Of a stretch of 64,000 bases of DNA, positions 19,887-29,960 are shown piece by piece. Source of the DNA: a virus; UHGV virus genome UHGV-0351052. One strand, 5' to 3'. Numbering within the stretch: position 1 is the first letter of the stretch; every line of letters starts with the position of its first letter. The translations under genes were made by a program, and so were the position numbers. The notes under the pieces are model-generated. The model made no database searches. It worked only from the letters and a program-made list of their open reading frames with translations, and was not told the DNA's origin.

Positions 19887-20123
19887 TCAAATGCAAGTAG
19901 TAATTACTCCAGTAGTGCTTATGCAGGTATTACCCATTTGCACACCTAAAGATCCATTTGTATTCACATGAAGATTATCATCAATTTTAACTGATATTTT
20001 ACCATTAGTGTGAATAACGGTGCTAGATTTAATCACAGGTTGAGTATCATTTTCAACACTAACAAATGGAACTGCTACTAATGCAACTAAACACACTGCT
20101 AAGCAACCATAAACAATTTTCAT
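19887..20123 (-). CDS. small secreted protein (about 78 aa from ATG; ORF-track start is TTG at 20135)
   Basis: MKIVYGCLAVCLVALVAVPF signal peptide; own promoter 20161-20190. Confidence 0.4.
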   Translation of the reverse strand: MKIVYGCLAVCLVALVAVPFVSVENDTQPVIKSSTVIHTNGKISVKIDDNLHVNTNGSLGVQMGNTCISTTGVITTCI

Positions 20124-20160
20124 TTCATTCTCCAAATCCGTATCAGTAGTTGATAGTTGT

Positions 20161-20190
20161 ATAGTACCATAGAAGAACAGGGATGTAAAC
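20161..20190 (-). promoter_or_regulatory. T4-type early promoter cassette (GTTTAC ... TGGTACTAT, conserved leader)
   Basis: minus-strand GTTTAC 20190-20185, TGG+TACTAT 20169-20161; leader ACAACTATCAACTACTGATAC shared with other copies. Confidence 0.5.
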
Positions 20191-20272
20191 AGTTTTGTGA
20201 AAAATTTTTAGGGAATCCAAAGGGTCCAGAATCATCTCTTTTTCATAAGTATAGATTTATATTACTTGTATG

Positions 20273-20293
20273 AAAAAGGGACCTGGAGGTCCC
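20273..20293 (-). terminator. intrinsic terminator after gene 43
   Basis: minus-strand RNA GGGACC-UCCA-GGUCCC followed by UUUUU; 14 nt past gp43 stop. Confidence 0.6.
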
Positions 20294-20306
20294 TAGATTT
20301 ATTCTA

Positions 20307-23003
20307 TCAGCCAAACAGGAAGTCTAACGAAGCTTTTTCTTCATAGTCCATACCAGCCGATTCACACATGCCTGCAAGCGGTTTAACAAACGATTTTTGG
20401 AACAAAGTTGAGTGGTCAATCCAAGATAGTACGTCAGAACGAATTTCTTTTGGAAGTTCTGTACCAGACGGCCAAGCAATGCATTTGTCACCAAATGGAT
20501 TTCCTTCACGTAATGGAAGAACCATTACTTTATTTCCATCCAAAATTGGAGCTACACCCAGACCACTAACAGCTCGACGATAAGTTAGCACACCGCGAAT
20601 ATGGAACGGGCATTTAAATCCTGGCCAACCTTTATCATCATATTTCGCTATATCGTTCGCAGTTTTTACTTCAGCAATAACTTTATAGTCGAGTTGACGA
20701 TATTCTTTCTCGAAGTTCTTGTAGTATTCTTGGACAGACTCTTCGCCTTCCTGAAGAATACGACGAATACTTTCTTCGAGAGCTTCTTGCACTGCTTTTG
20801 GTGTTGAACTCTGCTGAGTTTCCATACCCATGATTTTTAGATGCGGTTCAGCAAATCGCTTATCTTCCATATCATAAACGTTCAGAGCATAACGCTTTTT
20901 CGCTTTCCAAAATCCACCAACGCCCTTTGAACCAAGTGGAGGACAAGAAATAGCTTCACGGTCCATATGCATCAGATGCTCGCGGTTATTCATATAATCA
21001 CATAACTCACGATATGCAACATCAATCATAGGTTCCATCTTTTTCTTACCGAACTGATTCATAAATTCAACCAAATCGTTCTGCTCTTTGAATCGGTCAA
21101 GACCAACTTTTTCAATAACTTTATCTACACAAACATATACCGAATCAGTATCACCTGCTGCGATAAAATCTTCACCATTAGTTCCGCATACTTTATTCAG
21201 ATATTCATTGATTTTACGAGCAATCCACTGAATACCGACTTGGCCAAAAATTGTGATAGCAGTAGCATTTCGCAAATCATAGTAACGGAAATGAATATTA
21301 CCAAGAGCACCATAAAGACTGTTAATGAGAATTTTACGGTTCAGCTGATTTGTGTTAGCAAGTGTAGCAGCTTTTTCACATTCCTCAATCAGACTATTGA
21401 GAACAGATTCAGTATAATTCGACAGTTCATTTAAGAAATCATCACTGAACTTAACATATCGTTCAACTTCTGGTTTAGTTGAACAAGACCCTGCGCCTTT
21501 CATAATAATCTTTTTAATAGCTTCGGCATTCATTTCTTCAGCGAACATTTTCTTTTTCCAGTCTTTACGCTGGAAAAATACTTTAGCGATTTCCTTTGGA
21601 ATGATACCTTCTTGATGCTTATCATACATCCATCCATTCGGAGAACAAGAATATTCTTCACTTGGCTTAGGAGCTGTTCCTGCGATATATTCATGGATTG
21701 GATGAACTTTAAATTGTCCACGAATAGTCTCAGGACTAATGTTAACCTGACGAATAATGCTCGGATACAGAGACGTCAAGTCAAAACTCATAATATATCG
21801 ACGAGCAATTGGTTTAGGTTCAAACACAAATGCACCCGGAAAACTCTGTTTAACGTGCGAACCTTGTTGAGGAATAACCTTATGTTCACCTTTCAATGAG
21901 TTAAAAATAATAGCATCCCAAGTTTTAATAGGACTCATTACACCGGAAAAAGGCATTTTAGCGTAATAAGACATACTTAAAACTAGATCGATAAACCCGC
22001 GAATTTTATCAATTGCTTGAACTGATTCTACGTCAATGATGTTATAACTAATGTATCGTTGATGATTAGTTTCACGAAGTTTATTAATAGGACCGTCGTA
22101 TGGTAATTTACCTTTTTTGGTTTCATGTTGAGCAACTGATTCCAAAGAGAATGACGGCAAATTAGTAAATGCGAACTTCTTGTACAAATCTAAATAATCA
22201 AGAATAGATACGCCATCAATAGAATAAATTTCTTTGCTACCGTACACATTTTGAATTAGTTTAGATTTTACTCGACCGATTGGAGAGAAGCGTTTCATAC
22301 TACGTTCACCGAGAACCATTTTAACACGATTCATGATATACGGAACGTCAAATCCCTCAATATTCCAACCGGTAAAAATAGCAGGTCGTTTCTGTTCCCA
22401 GAGATTAATATATTCCATGAGCATATCACGCTCATTATCAAATGGCATATAAATTACTCGGTCAAGAATTTCTTGAGGAACTTCATCACCACCTTCACAG
22501 TCAAGCTTAGCAGCTAACTTTGCATCCCATTTTGATACTGAACCGTACATTGAATTCAACAAATCAAAGACGTAAAAACGATCGTCAATTGAATCATAAT
22601 GAGTGATAGCATCAATTTCATATTCTGCTTTCATTGGGTCAGGAAATTTATCACCAGTAACCTCAATGTCGCAGTTAGCTACACGAACAAATTTTCGGTC
22701 ATAAACAATTTCTGAACCATATGTATCACTGATGTAAGCGAGTTTAAAATCGTTCATACCGAGAGCTTCGAGACCGATGTCTTCCATTCGCTTCATCCAG
22801 TCTCGTGCATCTTTCATTGATGGAAATTTTTGAGGAGCGCAGTTTTTACCATAGATGTCTTTGTATTTTGACTCTTCCTTACAATGTCTAAACATAGTTG
22901 GAAGATATTCTACTTCACGAGTACGTTCCTTTCCGTTTTCATCAATATAACGTTCAACAATGTTATTTCCGACTGTTTCAATAGAGATATAAAATTCTTT
23001 CAT
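20307..23003 (-). CDS. 43: DNA polymerase gp43 (family B, with 3-prime-5-prime exonuclease)
   Basis: 898 aa; Pol B motifs (DxxSLYPS, KILINSLYG, AAGDTDSVY). Confidence 0.95.
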   Translation of the reverse strand: MKEFYISIETVGNNIVERYIDENGKERTREVEYLPTMFRHCKEESKYKDIYGKNCAPQKFPSMKDARDWMKRMEDIGLEALGMNDFKLAYISDTYGSEIVYDRKFVRVANCDIEVTGDKFPDPMKAEYEIDAITHYDSIDDRFYVFDLLNSMYGSVSKWDAKLAAKLDCEGGDEVPQEILDRVIYMPFDNERDMLMEYINLWEQKRPAIFTGWNIEGFDVPYIMNRVKMVLGERSMKRFSPIGRVKSKLIQNVYGSKEIYSIDGVSILDYLDLYKKFAFTNLPSFSLESVAQHETKKGKLPYDGPINKLRETNHQRYISYNIIDVESVQAIDKIRGFIDLVLSMSYYAKMPFSGVMSPIKTWDAIIFNSLKGEHKVIPQQGSHVKQSFPGAFVFEPKPIARRYIMSFDLTSLYPSIIRQVNISPETIRGQFKVHPIHEYIAGTAPKPSEEYSCSPNGWMYDKHQEGIIPKEIAKVFFQRKDWKKKMFAEEMNAEAIKKIIMKGAGSCSTKPEVERYVKFSDDFLNELSNYTESVLNSLIEECEKAATLANTNQLNRKILINSLYGALGNIHFRYYDLRNATAITIFGQVGIQWIARKINEYLNKVCGTNGEDFIAAGDTDSVYVCVDKVIEKVGLDRFKEQNDLVEFMNQFGKKKMEPMIDVAYRELCDYMNNREHLMHMDREAISCPPLGSKGVGGFWKAKKRYALNVYDMEDKRFAEPHLKIMGMETQQSSTPKAVQEALEESIRRILQEGEESVQEYYKNFEKEYRQLDYKVIAEVKTANDIAKYDDKGWPGFKCPFHIRGVLTYRRAVSGLGVAPILDGNKVMVLPLREGNPFGDKCIAWPSGTELPKEIRSDVLSWIDHSTLFQKSFVKPLAGMCESAGMDYEEKASLDFLFG

Positions 23004-23061
23004 AGATATTCCTTAGTTTATAGCCCGAGTTATTAGGCTCTTGATATATTATACTCCAAAT

Positions 23062-23079
23062 AAGGGGCCGAAGCCCCTT
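23062..23079 (-). promoter_or_regulatory. UUCG-tetraloop hairpin between small ORF and gene 43
   Basis: AAGGGGC-cgaa-GCCCCTT; no clear U-tract, so RNA-stability or regulatory rather than a terminator. Confidence 0.4.
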
Positions 23080-23081
23080 GC

Positions 23082-23303
23082 TTAAATTAGTACTATTTGC
23101 CGGGTGAAAATTGTCAATCCATCTGCATTAATTGACTTAACGACTGCTGTAAAATGTTTTTGTTCTGGATGAACTAGTTTTTGAAATTCTACCTGAAATT
23201 TTAGTTGGAGGTTTTCTGGTAAATCAAAAAGTGTTTCTGTTGCAGAAAGATTATATTTTTCTTTAAGAGACACCATGTATTCTTGCGGGGTTATAGCAGT
23301 CAT
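23082..23303 (-). CDS. hypothetical protein, about 73 aa, between regA and gene 43
   Basis: ORF-track 23082..23345; likely start at internal ATG overlapping regA stop. Confidence 0.35.
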   Translation of the reverse strand: MTAITPQEYMVSLKEKYNLSATETLFDLPENLQLKFQVEFQKLVHPEQKHFTAVVKSINADGLTIFTRQIVLI

Positions 23304-23304
23304 A

Positions 23305-23673
23305 TTAATTACCAATCGTATATTTAGGAACGAGTTTCCATTCATGTTTTTGTTTAAAAGAAATAACTCGGAAGTTATTAGTTAAATCTTTCATAAAAGT
23401 TCTTTGACCAGGGACGATTTCAATCAGTCCCCAATCTTCTAACAACCATGCAATCGAATCACGACGAACTTCATCTTCTTCTGTCATTTCAACTTGACGA
23501 CCATCCATACGAAGCATTTCTTTAAAATGGACGATATAGTATAGTCCTTTTTTCTGAAGAATATGACAGGACTGATACAGAACTTTATCTTTATTATTAG
23601 CAATTCCCATACGAGTCAAAGTTTCTTTTACTTTCAGAAAATCTTCAGGTTTTTTAAGAGTAATTTCAATCAT
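23305..23673 (-). CDS. regA: translational repressor RegA
   Basis: 122 aa; size, slot and sequence match T4 RegA as recalled. Confidence 0.8.
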   Translation of the reverse strand: MIEITLKKPEDFLKVKETLTRMGIANNKDKVLYQSCHILQKKGLYYIVHFKEMLRMDGRQVEMTEEDEVRRDSIAWLLEDWGLIEIVPGQRTFMKDLTNNFRVISFKQKHEWKLVPKYTIGN

Positions 23674-23674
23674 T

Positions 23675-24259
23675 TTACCATTCCAATGCTAGTTTTTTGA
23701 GTTGTTTCTGTTCTTTTACGTTCTTAGTCACTTCTTTCAAAAAATCATCCGTGACTAAACCTTTTAGTTCTTTTAATACTAAAGGAAGTTTTCCATTTTT
23801 AGTAAGAATTGATTTATAGTTAATTGCATCATTTGTATTAACTTGATACCGTTTAGCAAGTAACTTAATAATCAATACTTCGGTGGAATCTTCAACCAGT
23901 TTTGCCCATTTACCGTATCTTTTACCCCGAGGAACAGCAGCCATCAGATAATTAAAATGGGCTTCATCACTTAAACCTGATCCAATTAAATTCATAGCAT
24001 ATACAGCTGGCATGCATTCAGGAAATTGTGATAATGCATTCTCAACCATGTATTTTGAATAATCTTTTTGAGCAATAGAGCATTTAGTTTTATTATTAAT
24101 AGCTCCAATTATTTCAAAAAATTCATTTTCAGCTTTTTCTTTAAAAGAATCAGCAGCGGATTGGACAGCTGTCCAATCTTTTGAATACCAAGCAACTTGA
24201 TGCTCGTTTAATTGAATATCATCTTCAAATAAGCTCATATCACTTCCACTGCATTTCAC
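23675..24259 (-). CDS. 62: clamp loader small subunit gp62
   Basis: 194 aa; position between regA and gp44. Confidence 0.7.
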   Translation of the reverse strand: MKCSGSDMSLFEDDIQLNEHQVAWYSKDWTAVQSAADSFKEKAENEFFEIIGAINNKTKCSIAQKDYSKYMVENALSQFPECMPAVYAMNLIGSGLSDEAHFNYLMAAVPRGKRYGKWAKLVEDSTEVLIIKLLAKRYQVNTNDAINYKSILTKNGKLPLVLKELKGLVTDDFLKEVTKNVKEQKQLKKLALEW

Positions 24260-25214
24260 ATGCCAATTGAATGAAAAGATATGCTAAATGTAATTCAGTA
24301 TTAGCCGCAATTCCATGATACTGGTTATTTTCACCAACAATTTCATACATACGAATAATACTTTGCGGAGTTACGCGTGTATAGATTTCTTCGGCAAGTT
24401 TACCAACGAACCACGAATAATCAGCTGCATATTTTGGTGCTAAAGCTCTGAGTTGTTTAACATCTTTATTTTTGAGAGACTCAAGAACATCATCAATAGC
24501 ACCACGATCGTTAGTAACCAGTGATAAAATACCAGCATCCAAAACACCTTTAGATGAATAACTATCGAGCTCGCCAATAGTTTTACGAAAATCAGGAAAA
24601 TTCTTTTTAACCAAAGCTGCTACAACTTTCATATCAGCTATAGCAATTCCTTCACGCTTGCAGATTTCAGTCAATCGACGAATCATCTGCTTCATCATTT
24701 CAATTTTATCTTCATCGGTCGGTTGACCGAATGTAATAACTCGGCAGCGTGACTGAAGCGGTTTAATAATACCATCAATATTGTTAGCAGTAATAATAAT
24801 ACTACAGTTTGAACTATAAGCTTCCATAAAGGAACGAAGATGTCGCTGAGACTCTGCTAACCCTGAGCGGTCAAATTCATCAATAACGATTACTTTTTGA
24901 CGACCATCAAATGAAGCTGCACTCGCAAAATTAGTTAAAGGACCACGAACGAAATCAATTTTACAATCTGATCCATTCACAAACATCATATCAGCATTTA
25001 CATCATGACACAATGCTTTTGCTACAGTTGTTTTACCTGTTCCTGGAGAAGGAGAATGAAGAATAATATGTGGAATCTTACCTTTACTTGTAATAGATTT
25101 AAAGGTTTCTTTATCAAAGGCGGGAAGAATACATTCATCGATAGTAGATGGACGATATTTCTGTTCAAGAATGTGTTCTTTTTCATTTACGGTAATCATA
25201 ATTTCCTCATTCAA
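24240..25214 (-). CDS. 44: clamp loader ATPase gp44 (RFC-like AAA+)
   Basis: Walker [11 protein letters not shown], Walker [12 protein letters not shown]-like arginine finger; track start is TTG, ATG six codons in. Confidence 0.9.
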   Translation of the reverse strand: MNEEIMITVNEKEHILEQKYRPSTIDECILPAFDKETFKSITSKGKIPHIILHSPSPGTGKTTVAKALCHDVNADMMFVNGSDCKIDFVRGPLTNFASAASFDGRQKVIVIDEFDRSGLAESQRHLRSFMEAYSSNCSIIITANNIDGIIKPLQSRCRVITFGQPTDEDKIEMMKQMIRRLTEICKREGIAIADMKVVAALVKKNFPDFRKTIGELDSYSSKGVLDAGILSLVTNDRGAIDDVLESLKNKDVKQLRALAPKYAADYSWFVGKLAEEIYTRVTPQSIIRMYEIVGENNQYHGIAANTELHLAYLFIQLACEMQWK

Positions 25215-25231
25215 GTTTTAGTGTAAATTAT

Positions 25232-25249
25232 AAAGGGCCGAAGCCCTTT
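25232..25249 (-). promoter_or_regulatory. UUCG-tetraloop hairpin between genes 45 and 44
   Basis: AAAGGGC-cgaa-GCCCTTT. Confidence 0.4.
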
Positions 25250-25250
25250 A

Positions 25251-25937
25251 TTAAAAATCGTGGGTAGAATCAGCTTCAAGAGCTACCACATAATTCGCGT
25301 GTTCACCTTCAAATTTAGCAGCACCTTGTTTACCTTTTGCCCAGAGCAGAAGTTTATAATTTCCTGGTTGCATTTTCATATTTGCCATATTGATAATGAA
25401 ATTAAATGTATTTTCACCATCATAATCACCAAGAGTCAAAGAATATTTAACACGGGTCAGAGCAGAATCTTCTACTTTATTAAAACCGTTAATTACGATT
25501 TTACCTTCTTTTACCGTGATAGCAATTGTATCAATTTGCAGACCACGAGATACACGCAACAGTTGTTGAAGGTCTTCAGCTTTAATTTCAGTAACAACAG
25601 ATGCTACCGGGAATGGAATTGGTTTATTAGGAGCAACTACTGTACTCGGATCGGCTGCTGGCCAAAAAATTGTTGAACGAGCATCAGCAATTTTAATATT
25701 TCCATCTTCTGACTGGGAAATTTCTGCATCATCATTAACTAGCGACAGAATACCGAGAAAACCGTTCAAATCGTAAATTGCTACATCAAAATCAATAGTG
25801 TCAGAAATATTTGCTTCCGCATAAGTTGTACCATTAACTGCGCGAGTCATAATAAATTGACCGGATTTAAGCATAATACCGGAGTTAATAGTAGCGAAAT
25901 TTTTAAGCAGAGCGGTAGTATCTTTAGACAGTTTCAT
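25251..25937 (-). CDS. 45: sliding clamp gp45
   Basis: 228 aa; size and synteny. Confidence 0.7.
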   Translation of the reverse strand: MKLSKDTTALLKNFATINSGIMLKSGQFIMTRAVNGTTYAEANISDTIDFDVAIYDLNGFLGILSLVNDDAEISQSEDGNIKIADARSTIFWPAADPSTVVAPNKPIPFPVASVVTEIKAEDLQQLLRVSRGLQIDTIAITVKEGKIVINGFNKVEDSALTRVKYSLTLGDYDGENTFNFIINMANMKMQPGNYKLLLWAKGKQGAAKFEGEHANYVVALEADSTHDF

Positions 25938-25993
25938 GTAATTTCCTTCAATTCAAATGAGATTTAATTTTATAACTAATTTAATAAAAGCAA

Positions 25994-26383
25994 TTAACGA
26001 TTAAAATCAGCCGCAATTGTTTCGGCAACAATTTGAGCAGCAACAATCAGACGTTCATCTGCATTGCCGCAATATTCATCTTCAAGGCGTTCACCACATG
26101 AAGTCATAATAAATTTAGCACCAGCGTTTAGGGATTCTGTAGTATGTTTGCGCATTAGTTCAATCCATTTATTACTTACTTCACGATCGATAGCTTCATA
26201 ATACGCATGACGAGCAGGTGCAGATTTAATTTTGTTCTGAATAACTTCCATTGCGTTATCAGAAAGAGACAAAACCCATGCTCGACGAATTTTATTTTGG
26301 TTTTGTGGATTTGATTCAGAACGCACGTGTTTTGGCTGAATATCTTTTACGTCAACAGTATAATTCACAGTAATTTTAGTCAT
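25994..26383 (-). CDS. rpbA: RpbA-slot protein, 129 aa
   Basis: size and synteny only. Confidence 0.45.
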   Translation of the reverse strand: MTKITVNYTVDVKDIQPKHVRSESNPQNQNKIRRAWVLSLSDNAMEVIQNKIKSAPARHAYYEAIDREVSNKWIELMRKHTTESLNAGAKFIMTSCGERLEDEYCGNADERLIVAAQIVAETIAADFNR

Positions 26384-26392
26384 AATACACCT

Positions 26393-26581
26393 TTAGTCAT
26401 AATAATCAGTAACAGTCCAAGCTTCATTTCTATTGGACATTATTTTTGTATATTCTGCTTTAAATGCATTCCTAAGCATAGATTCAGTAACTATATGCTC
26501 TTCATTAGAAAAATTATTTCTCAGAATATATCGTTTTATTTCAGGAATAGTTAATAGATGCTGTCCAGTTGAATATTCCAT
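26393..26581 (-). CDS. hypothetical protein, 62 aa (45.2 slot)
   Basis: ORF-track ORF. Confidence 0.4.
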   Translation of the reverse strand: MEYSTGQHLLTIPEIKRYILRNNFSNEEHIVTESMLRNAFKAEYTKIMSNRNEAWTVTDYYD

Positions 26582-26636
26582 GTTTTTCCTCCATAGAGAT
26601 TATACTCTAATAAATTAAAGCATAATCTCTTATAAA

Positions 26637-28319
26637 TTAAACCATTACAGTAAATCGACCGACTTTCTTCATTTGAAGATGCTGACCATATTCTTGTGGG
26701 TCATGGTCTTTATGCGAAATTATAAAAACATTAGTGTTTTTCATTGAATTTATAATATTAGCTACACCTTTAATACCTTCGGCATCAAATGACCCATCAA
26801 ACACTTCATCAAGAATTAATGTACTAATACTAACACCAGATACGATAGAAGCAATATCACGCCAAGTAAATAAAAGAGCAATATCAATTCGTGCCTTTTC
26901 ACCTTCACTAAATGAAGCATAACTAAAATCTTCACGACCACGGGATTTAATTGTCTCATTAAATTCTTCATCTAATGTAAACACATAATCCGCTTCCATT
27001 ATTTTAAGATAATGGTTAATCTGCTTATTAAATAATGGAATGTACTTTTTAATAATAGCACCTTTAATACCAGAATCTTTGAGCATATCAGTCAAAATTC
27101 CTCGGTGGTATTTTTCCATTACTAAATTAGTTTTTGTCTTAACAATTTTATCAAGTTCTTCTTGAAGCAGTGCTATTTCATCAGCATGGTCAATAAACTC
27201 AGAAGATGCTTTTTCTATAGCCGCTTTAACCTTTTTGGCTTTATCTACCGTCGTGATTAGAGATTGCTTTTTATTGCGAATATCATTTGCCAACGACTGT
27301 TGGGTTTTAATATTATCTCGGTATTCATCAACAAGAACTTTTAAATTATCACGATGTGTTGAAAGCTGTTCAAATGAATGTGTGCATTCAGAAACTTTAT
27401 CTTTAATTTTAGAAACAACTTTATCACCGGAACTTAATTGTGACAAACAGGTTGGGCATAATCCACCTTCGTGATACATATTAATGACTTTATTATACGA
27501 GTCAATTTTTGATTTAATTAAAAATGCTTCTTGACCGATTTTATTAAATGCATCAGTCGGGTCTTCATCTAAAACAATATTAACTAATCTTTCATTAGCT
27601 TCTTCTATTTCCGATTTTAGCGTTCTAGCTTCTTTTGCCAAATCATCATACATATTTTGTAGACGAGTAAGGTTGTCACCAGTTAATTTTTTCTGGCGTT
27701 CAACGTTATCATTATATATTTTAATTTGTTGGATAATACTATCTTTTTTAACATCAAGCACTTGGTTCTGCGAATTTAATTCACGTATTAGTGCTTTATT
27801 AAGCTTATCCATTTCAGCTAATGTTCCTACCTCAAGCAGGTCTTCCACAAGCTTTCTTCGCGCAGGGGTCGACAAACCCATGAAAGGGGTATACCCTGCT
27901 GTACCAAGGACAACAATCTGCTTGAAACTGGCATATGACATTCCGATAAGCTGTTCAAATTCTGCTTGGAAATCTTTACTGCTGGCAGATTCATTAAGAC
28001 GTGTACCGTTAACGGTGATTTCGAAAACGTTCGGTTTTTGTCCTCTTTTGATATAGTACTTTTTCTCATCATATTCCATCCACAGTTCAACTAAAAGTTC
28101 TTTCTTATTTGTGCTGTTTATTAATTGGCCTTTCTTTACATCACGGAATGGTTTGCCAAAAAGCCCAAATGTGATGGCTTCTAGCATAGTAGACTTACCA
28201 CCGCCATTTCGGCCAGTAATAAGAGTTTTTTGAACCTTATCTAATTGAATGTCAATCCCATTTTGACCAACTGACATTATATTTTTATATTTTACTCTAT
28301 TAAGTTTAAAATTCTTCAC
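26637..28319 (-). CDS. 46: recombination nuclease subunit gp46 (Rad50/SbcC-like ATPase)
   Basis: 560 aa; Walker A GRNGGGKST, central coiled coil with CPTC zinc hook, signature and D-loop at C-terminus. Confidence 0.9.
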   Translation of the reverse strand: MKNFKLNRVKYKNIMSVGQNGIDIQLDKVQKTLITGRNGGGKSTMLEAITFGLFGKPFRDVKKGQLINSTNKKELLVELWMEYDEKKYYIKRGQKPNVFEITVNGTRLNESASSKDFQAEFEQLIGMSYASFKQIVVLGTAGYTPFMGLSTPARRKLVEDLLEVGTLAEMDKLNKALIRELNSQNQVLDVKKDSIIQQIKIYNDNVERQKKLTGDNLTRLQNMYDDLAKEARTLKSEIEEANERLVNIVLDEDPTDAFNKIGQEAFLIKSKIDSYNKVINMYHEGGLCPTCLSQLSSGDKVVSKIKDKVSECTHSFEQLSTHRDNLKVLVDEYRDNIKTQQSLANDIRNKKQSLITTVDKAKKVKAAIEKASSEFIDHADEIALLQEELDKIVKTKTNLVMEKYHRGILTDMLKDSGIKGAIIKKYIPLFNKQINHYLKIMEADYVFTLDEEFNETIKSRGREDFSYASFSEGEKARIDIALLFTWRDIASIVSGVSISTLILDEVFDGSFDAEGIKGVANIINSMKNTNVFIISHKDHDPQEYGQHLQMKKVGRFTVMV

Positions 28320-28579
28320 AAAAGATTCCTTTTAATGTATCTTTTAGACCATTCTATCATATCATCATAATCTAAAAAGTATTCATCAAATTCAGCCATG
28401 CAAACAACACCTTGTGCTGCTTTTGATGTGATATAAATTATTCCAACATATCTAGAATCTTCTTCGGTATAATCAATATTTGCTATAAATTCATCATTAA
28501 TGTCAAATGTCGAAAACTTCACAGTATGCATCCTTAATACAAGATACAGCCATATCTCGCAATGATTTAGGTGTGTCAT
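28316..28579 (-). CDS. hypothetical protein, 87 aa
   Basis: ORF-track ORF. Confidence 0.4.
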   Translation of the reverse strand: MTHLNHCEIWLYLVLRMHTVKFSTFDINDEFIANIDYTEEDSRYVGIIYITSKAAQGVVCMAEFDEYFLDYDDMIEWSKRYIKRNLL

Positions 28580-28766
28580 TATCTAAAATGTTAAAGTTAA
28601 AAGATACAGCCCAGTCAGTGCAGACCGTAACCTTTTTAATACAATTATCTTCAACTTCTAGCGGTTCAAACCAGTATTCAATAATTTCTTTATGCCCAAT
28701 ATCATCTTTTACTTCGCATTCAAAATGCTGACTCATCATAACATTTTTAAATTCATCAAAAGTCAT
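28503..28766 (-). CDS. hypothetical protein, 87 aa
   Basis: ORF-track ORF overlapping previous in another frame. Confidence 0.4.
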   Translation of the reverse strand: MTFDEFKNVMMSQHFECEVKDDIGHKEIIEYWFEPLEVEDNCIKKVTVCTDWAVSFNFNILDNDTPKSLRDMAVSCIKDAYCEVFDI

Positions 28767-29782
28767 TGTGTTGCCTCTACATATAGCTGGTTTGCATATT
28801 GAATAAGTGCTTCACGGTCAGAATCAGTGATGTCTGGAATTGCATTAATGTATTCTTCCATCAACGTCTGAAGAGATTGAACTTCAACCTCTTCGCTGTC
28901 ATCTGACTCGACAGAGTTATCAATCTTTGACACAACTCGTAACGAATGCACAACTTTCTCTAGTTCAGATTCGAACTTCGTCAGATTTTTGTCTACTTCA
29001 GTTACTATAACACGTACTGATAGATTTGTAAAATCTTTATAGTCAATTTTTCCTTTAAATGGATAATGAATTCTACGATGCCAGGTAGTATTGTTTGGAA
29101 TAAATTCCATTCGTTCTGTTTCTGTATCAAACATCCAGAACCCACGAGGGTCATTCTCGTCACCTGCAGTTAGTGTCCATGGTGTCCCAATATATCTGAC
29201 GTTTGCAGCCTCAGAAATAGTATGGAAGTGACCAGACCACACTTCTTTATAAGTCTTAAGGAAATCAGGTTCAAGACCGTGAGATTTCATTCCTTTATAA
29301 AAATAAAATCCATTCAGTTCCCAGTGACCGACACAAAAAGAAGCAGATGAAGTTTTGATATGCTCAAGAATTTCACCAGTATTTTCTTCGCACATCCAAG
29401 GAATCAAATCAATCAAACATCCGTCAAAATCTACTGTAGTAGGCTTATCATATACTTTAACATTAGGATATTTAGCCAAAAGCTCAGTAGAGGCATTTGG
29501 ATGCATTACATTTTTATAGTGGAGATCGTGATTTCCTACAATAGTATGTAATGTAATTCCAGCATCATCAAGCGTTTGAACTATTTCACGGGCAAACTCC
29601 ATAGTTTTATGTGTGATCGCTTTTCGCACATCAAAAATATCACCGTATTGAATCCAGGTAGTAATTCCATTTTTCTTAGAATATTCTATTGCTTGTTTAA
29701 TTCCATCAATTTGAATACCGCGAATCCACTCATCATCAGCTTTAACGCCTAAATGCCAATCACCTAAATTTAAAATTTTCAT
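28763..29782 (-). CDS. 47: recombination nuclease subunit gp47 (Mre11/SbcD-like phosphoesterase)
   Basis: 339 aa; calcineurin-like motifs LGDWH, GDIFD, GNHD, GHWE. Confidence 0.9.
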   Translation of the reverse strand: MKILNLGDWHLGVKADDEWIRGIQIDGIKQAIEYSKKNGITTWIQYGDIFDVRKAITHKTMEFAREIVQTLDDAGITLHTIVGNHDLHYKNVMHPNASTELLAKYPNVKVYDKPTTVDFDGCLIDLIPWMCEENTGEILEHIKTSSASFCVGHWELNGFYFYKGMKSHGLEPDFLKTYKEVWSGHFHTISEAANVRYIGTPWTLTAGDENDPRGFWMFDTETERMEFIPNNTTWHRRIHYPFKGKIDYKDFTNLSVRVIVTEVDKNLTKFESELEKVVHSLRVVSKIDNSVESDDSEEVEVQSLQTLMEEYINAIPDITDSDREALIQYANQLYVEATQ

Positions 29783-29919
29783 ATATCAAGAACCGTCATT
29801 GAAATGCAAAATAAAATTATTGAAATAAATCCATCTGGAGTGCTAAAGAACCCAATCCAACATGCTCTAGTGAATAGATAAAATGCAAGAAAAAGTATCA
29901 CATATCCAAGAAATATCAT
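29779..29919 (-). CDS. small membrane peptide, 46 aa (47.1 slot)
   Basis: hand translation MIFLGYVILFLAFYLF...; ATGA overlap with gp47 start. Confidence 0.3.
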   Translation of the reverse strand: MIFLGYVILFLAFYLFTRACWIGFFSTPDGFISIILFCISMTVLDI

Positions 29920-29942
29920 TATATCAAACTCCGCATAAAGCT

Positions 29943-29960
29943 AAAGGGCCGAAGCCCTTT
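29943..29960 (-). promoter_or_regulatory. UUCG-tetraloop hairpin at alpha-gt stop
   Basis: AAAGGGC-cgaa-GCCCTTT overlapping the stop codon. Confidence 0.4.
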
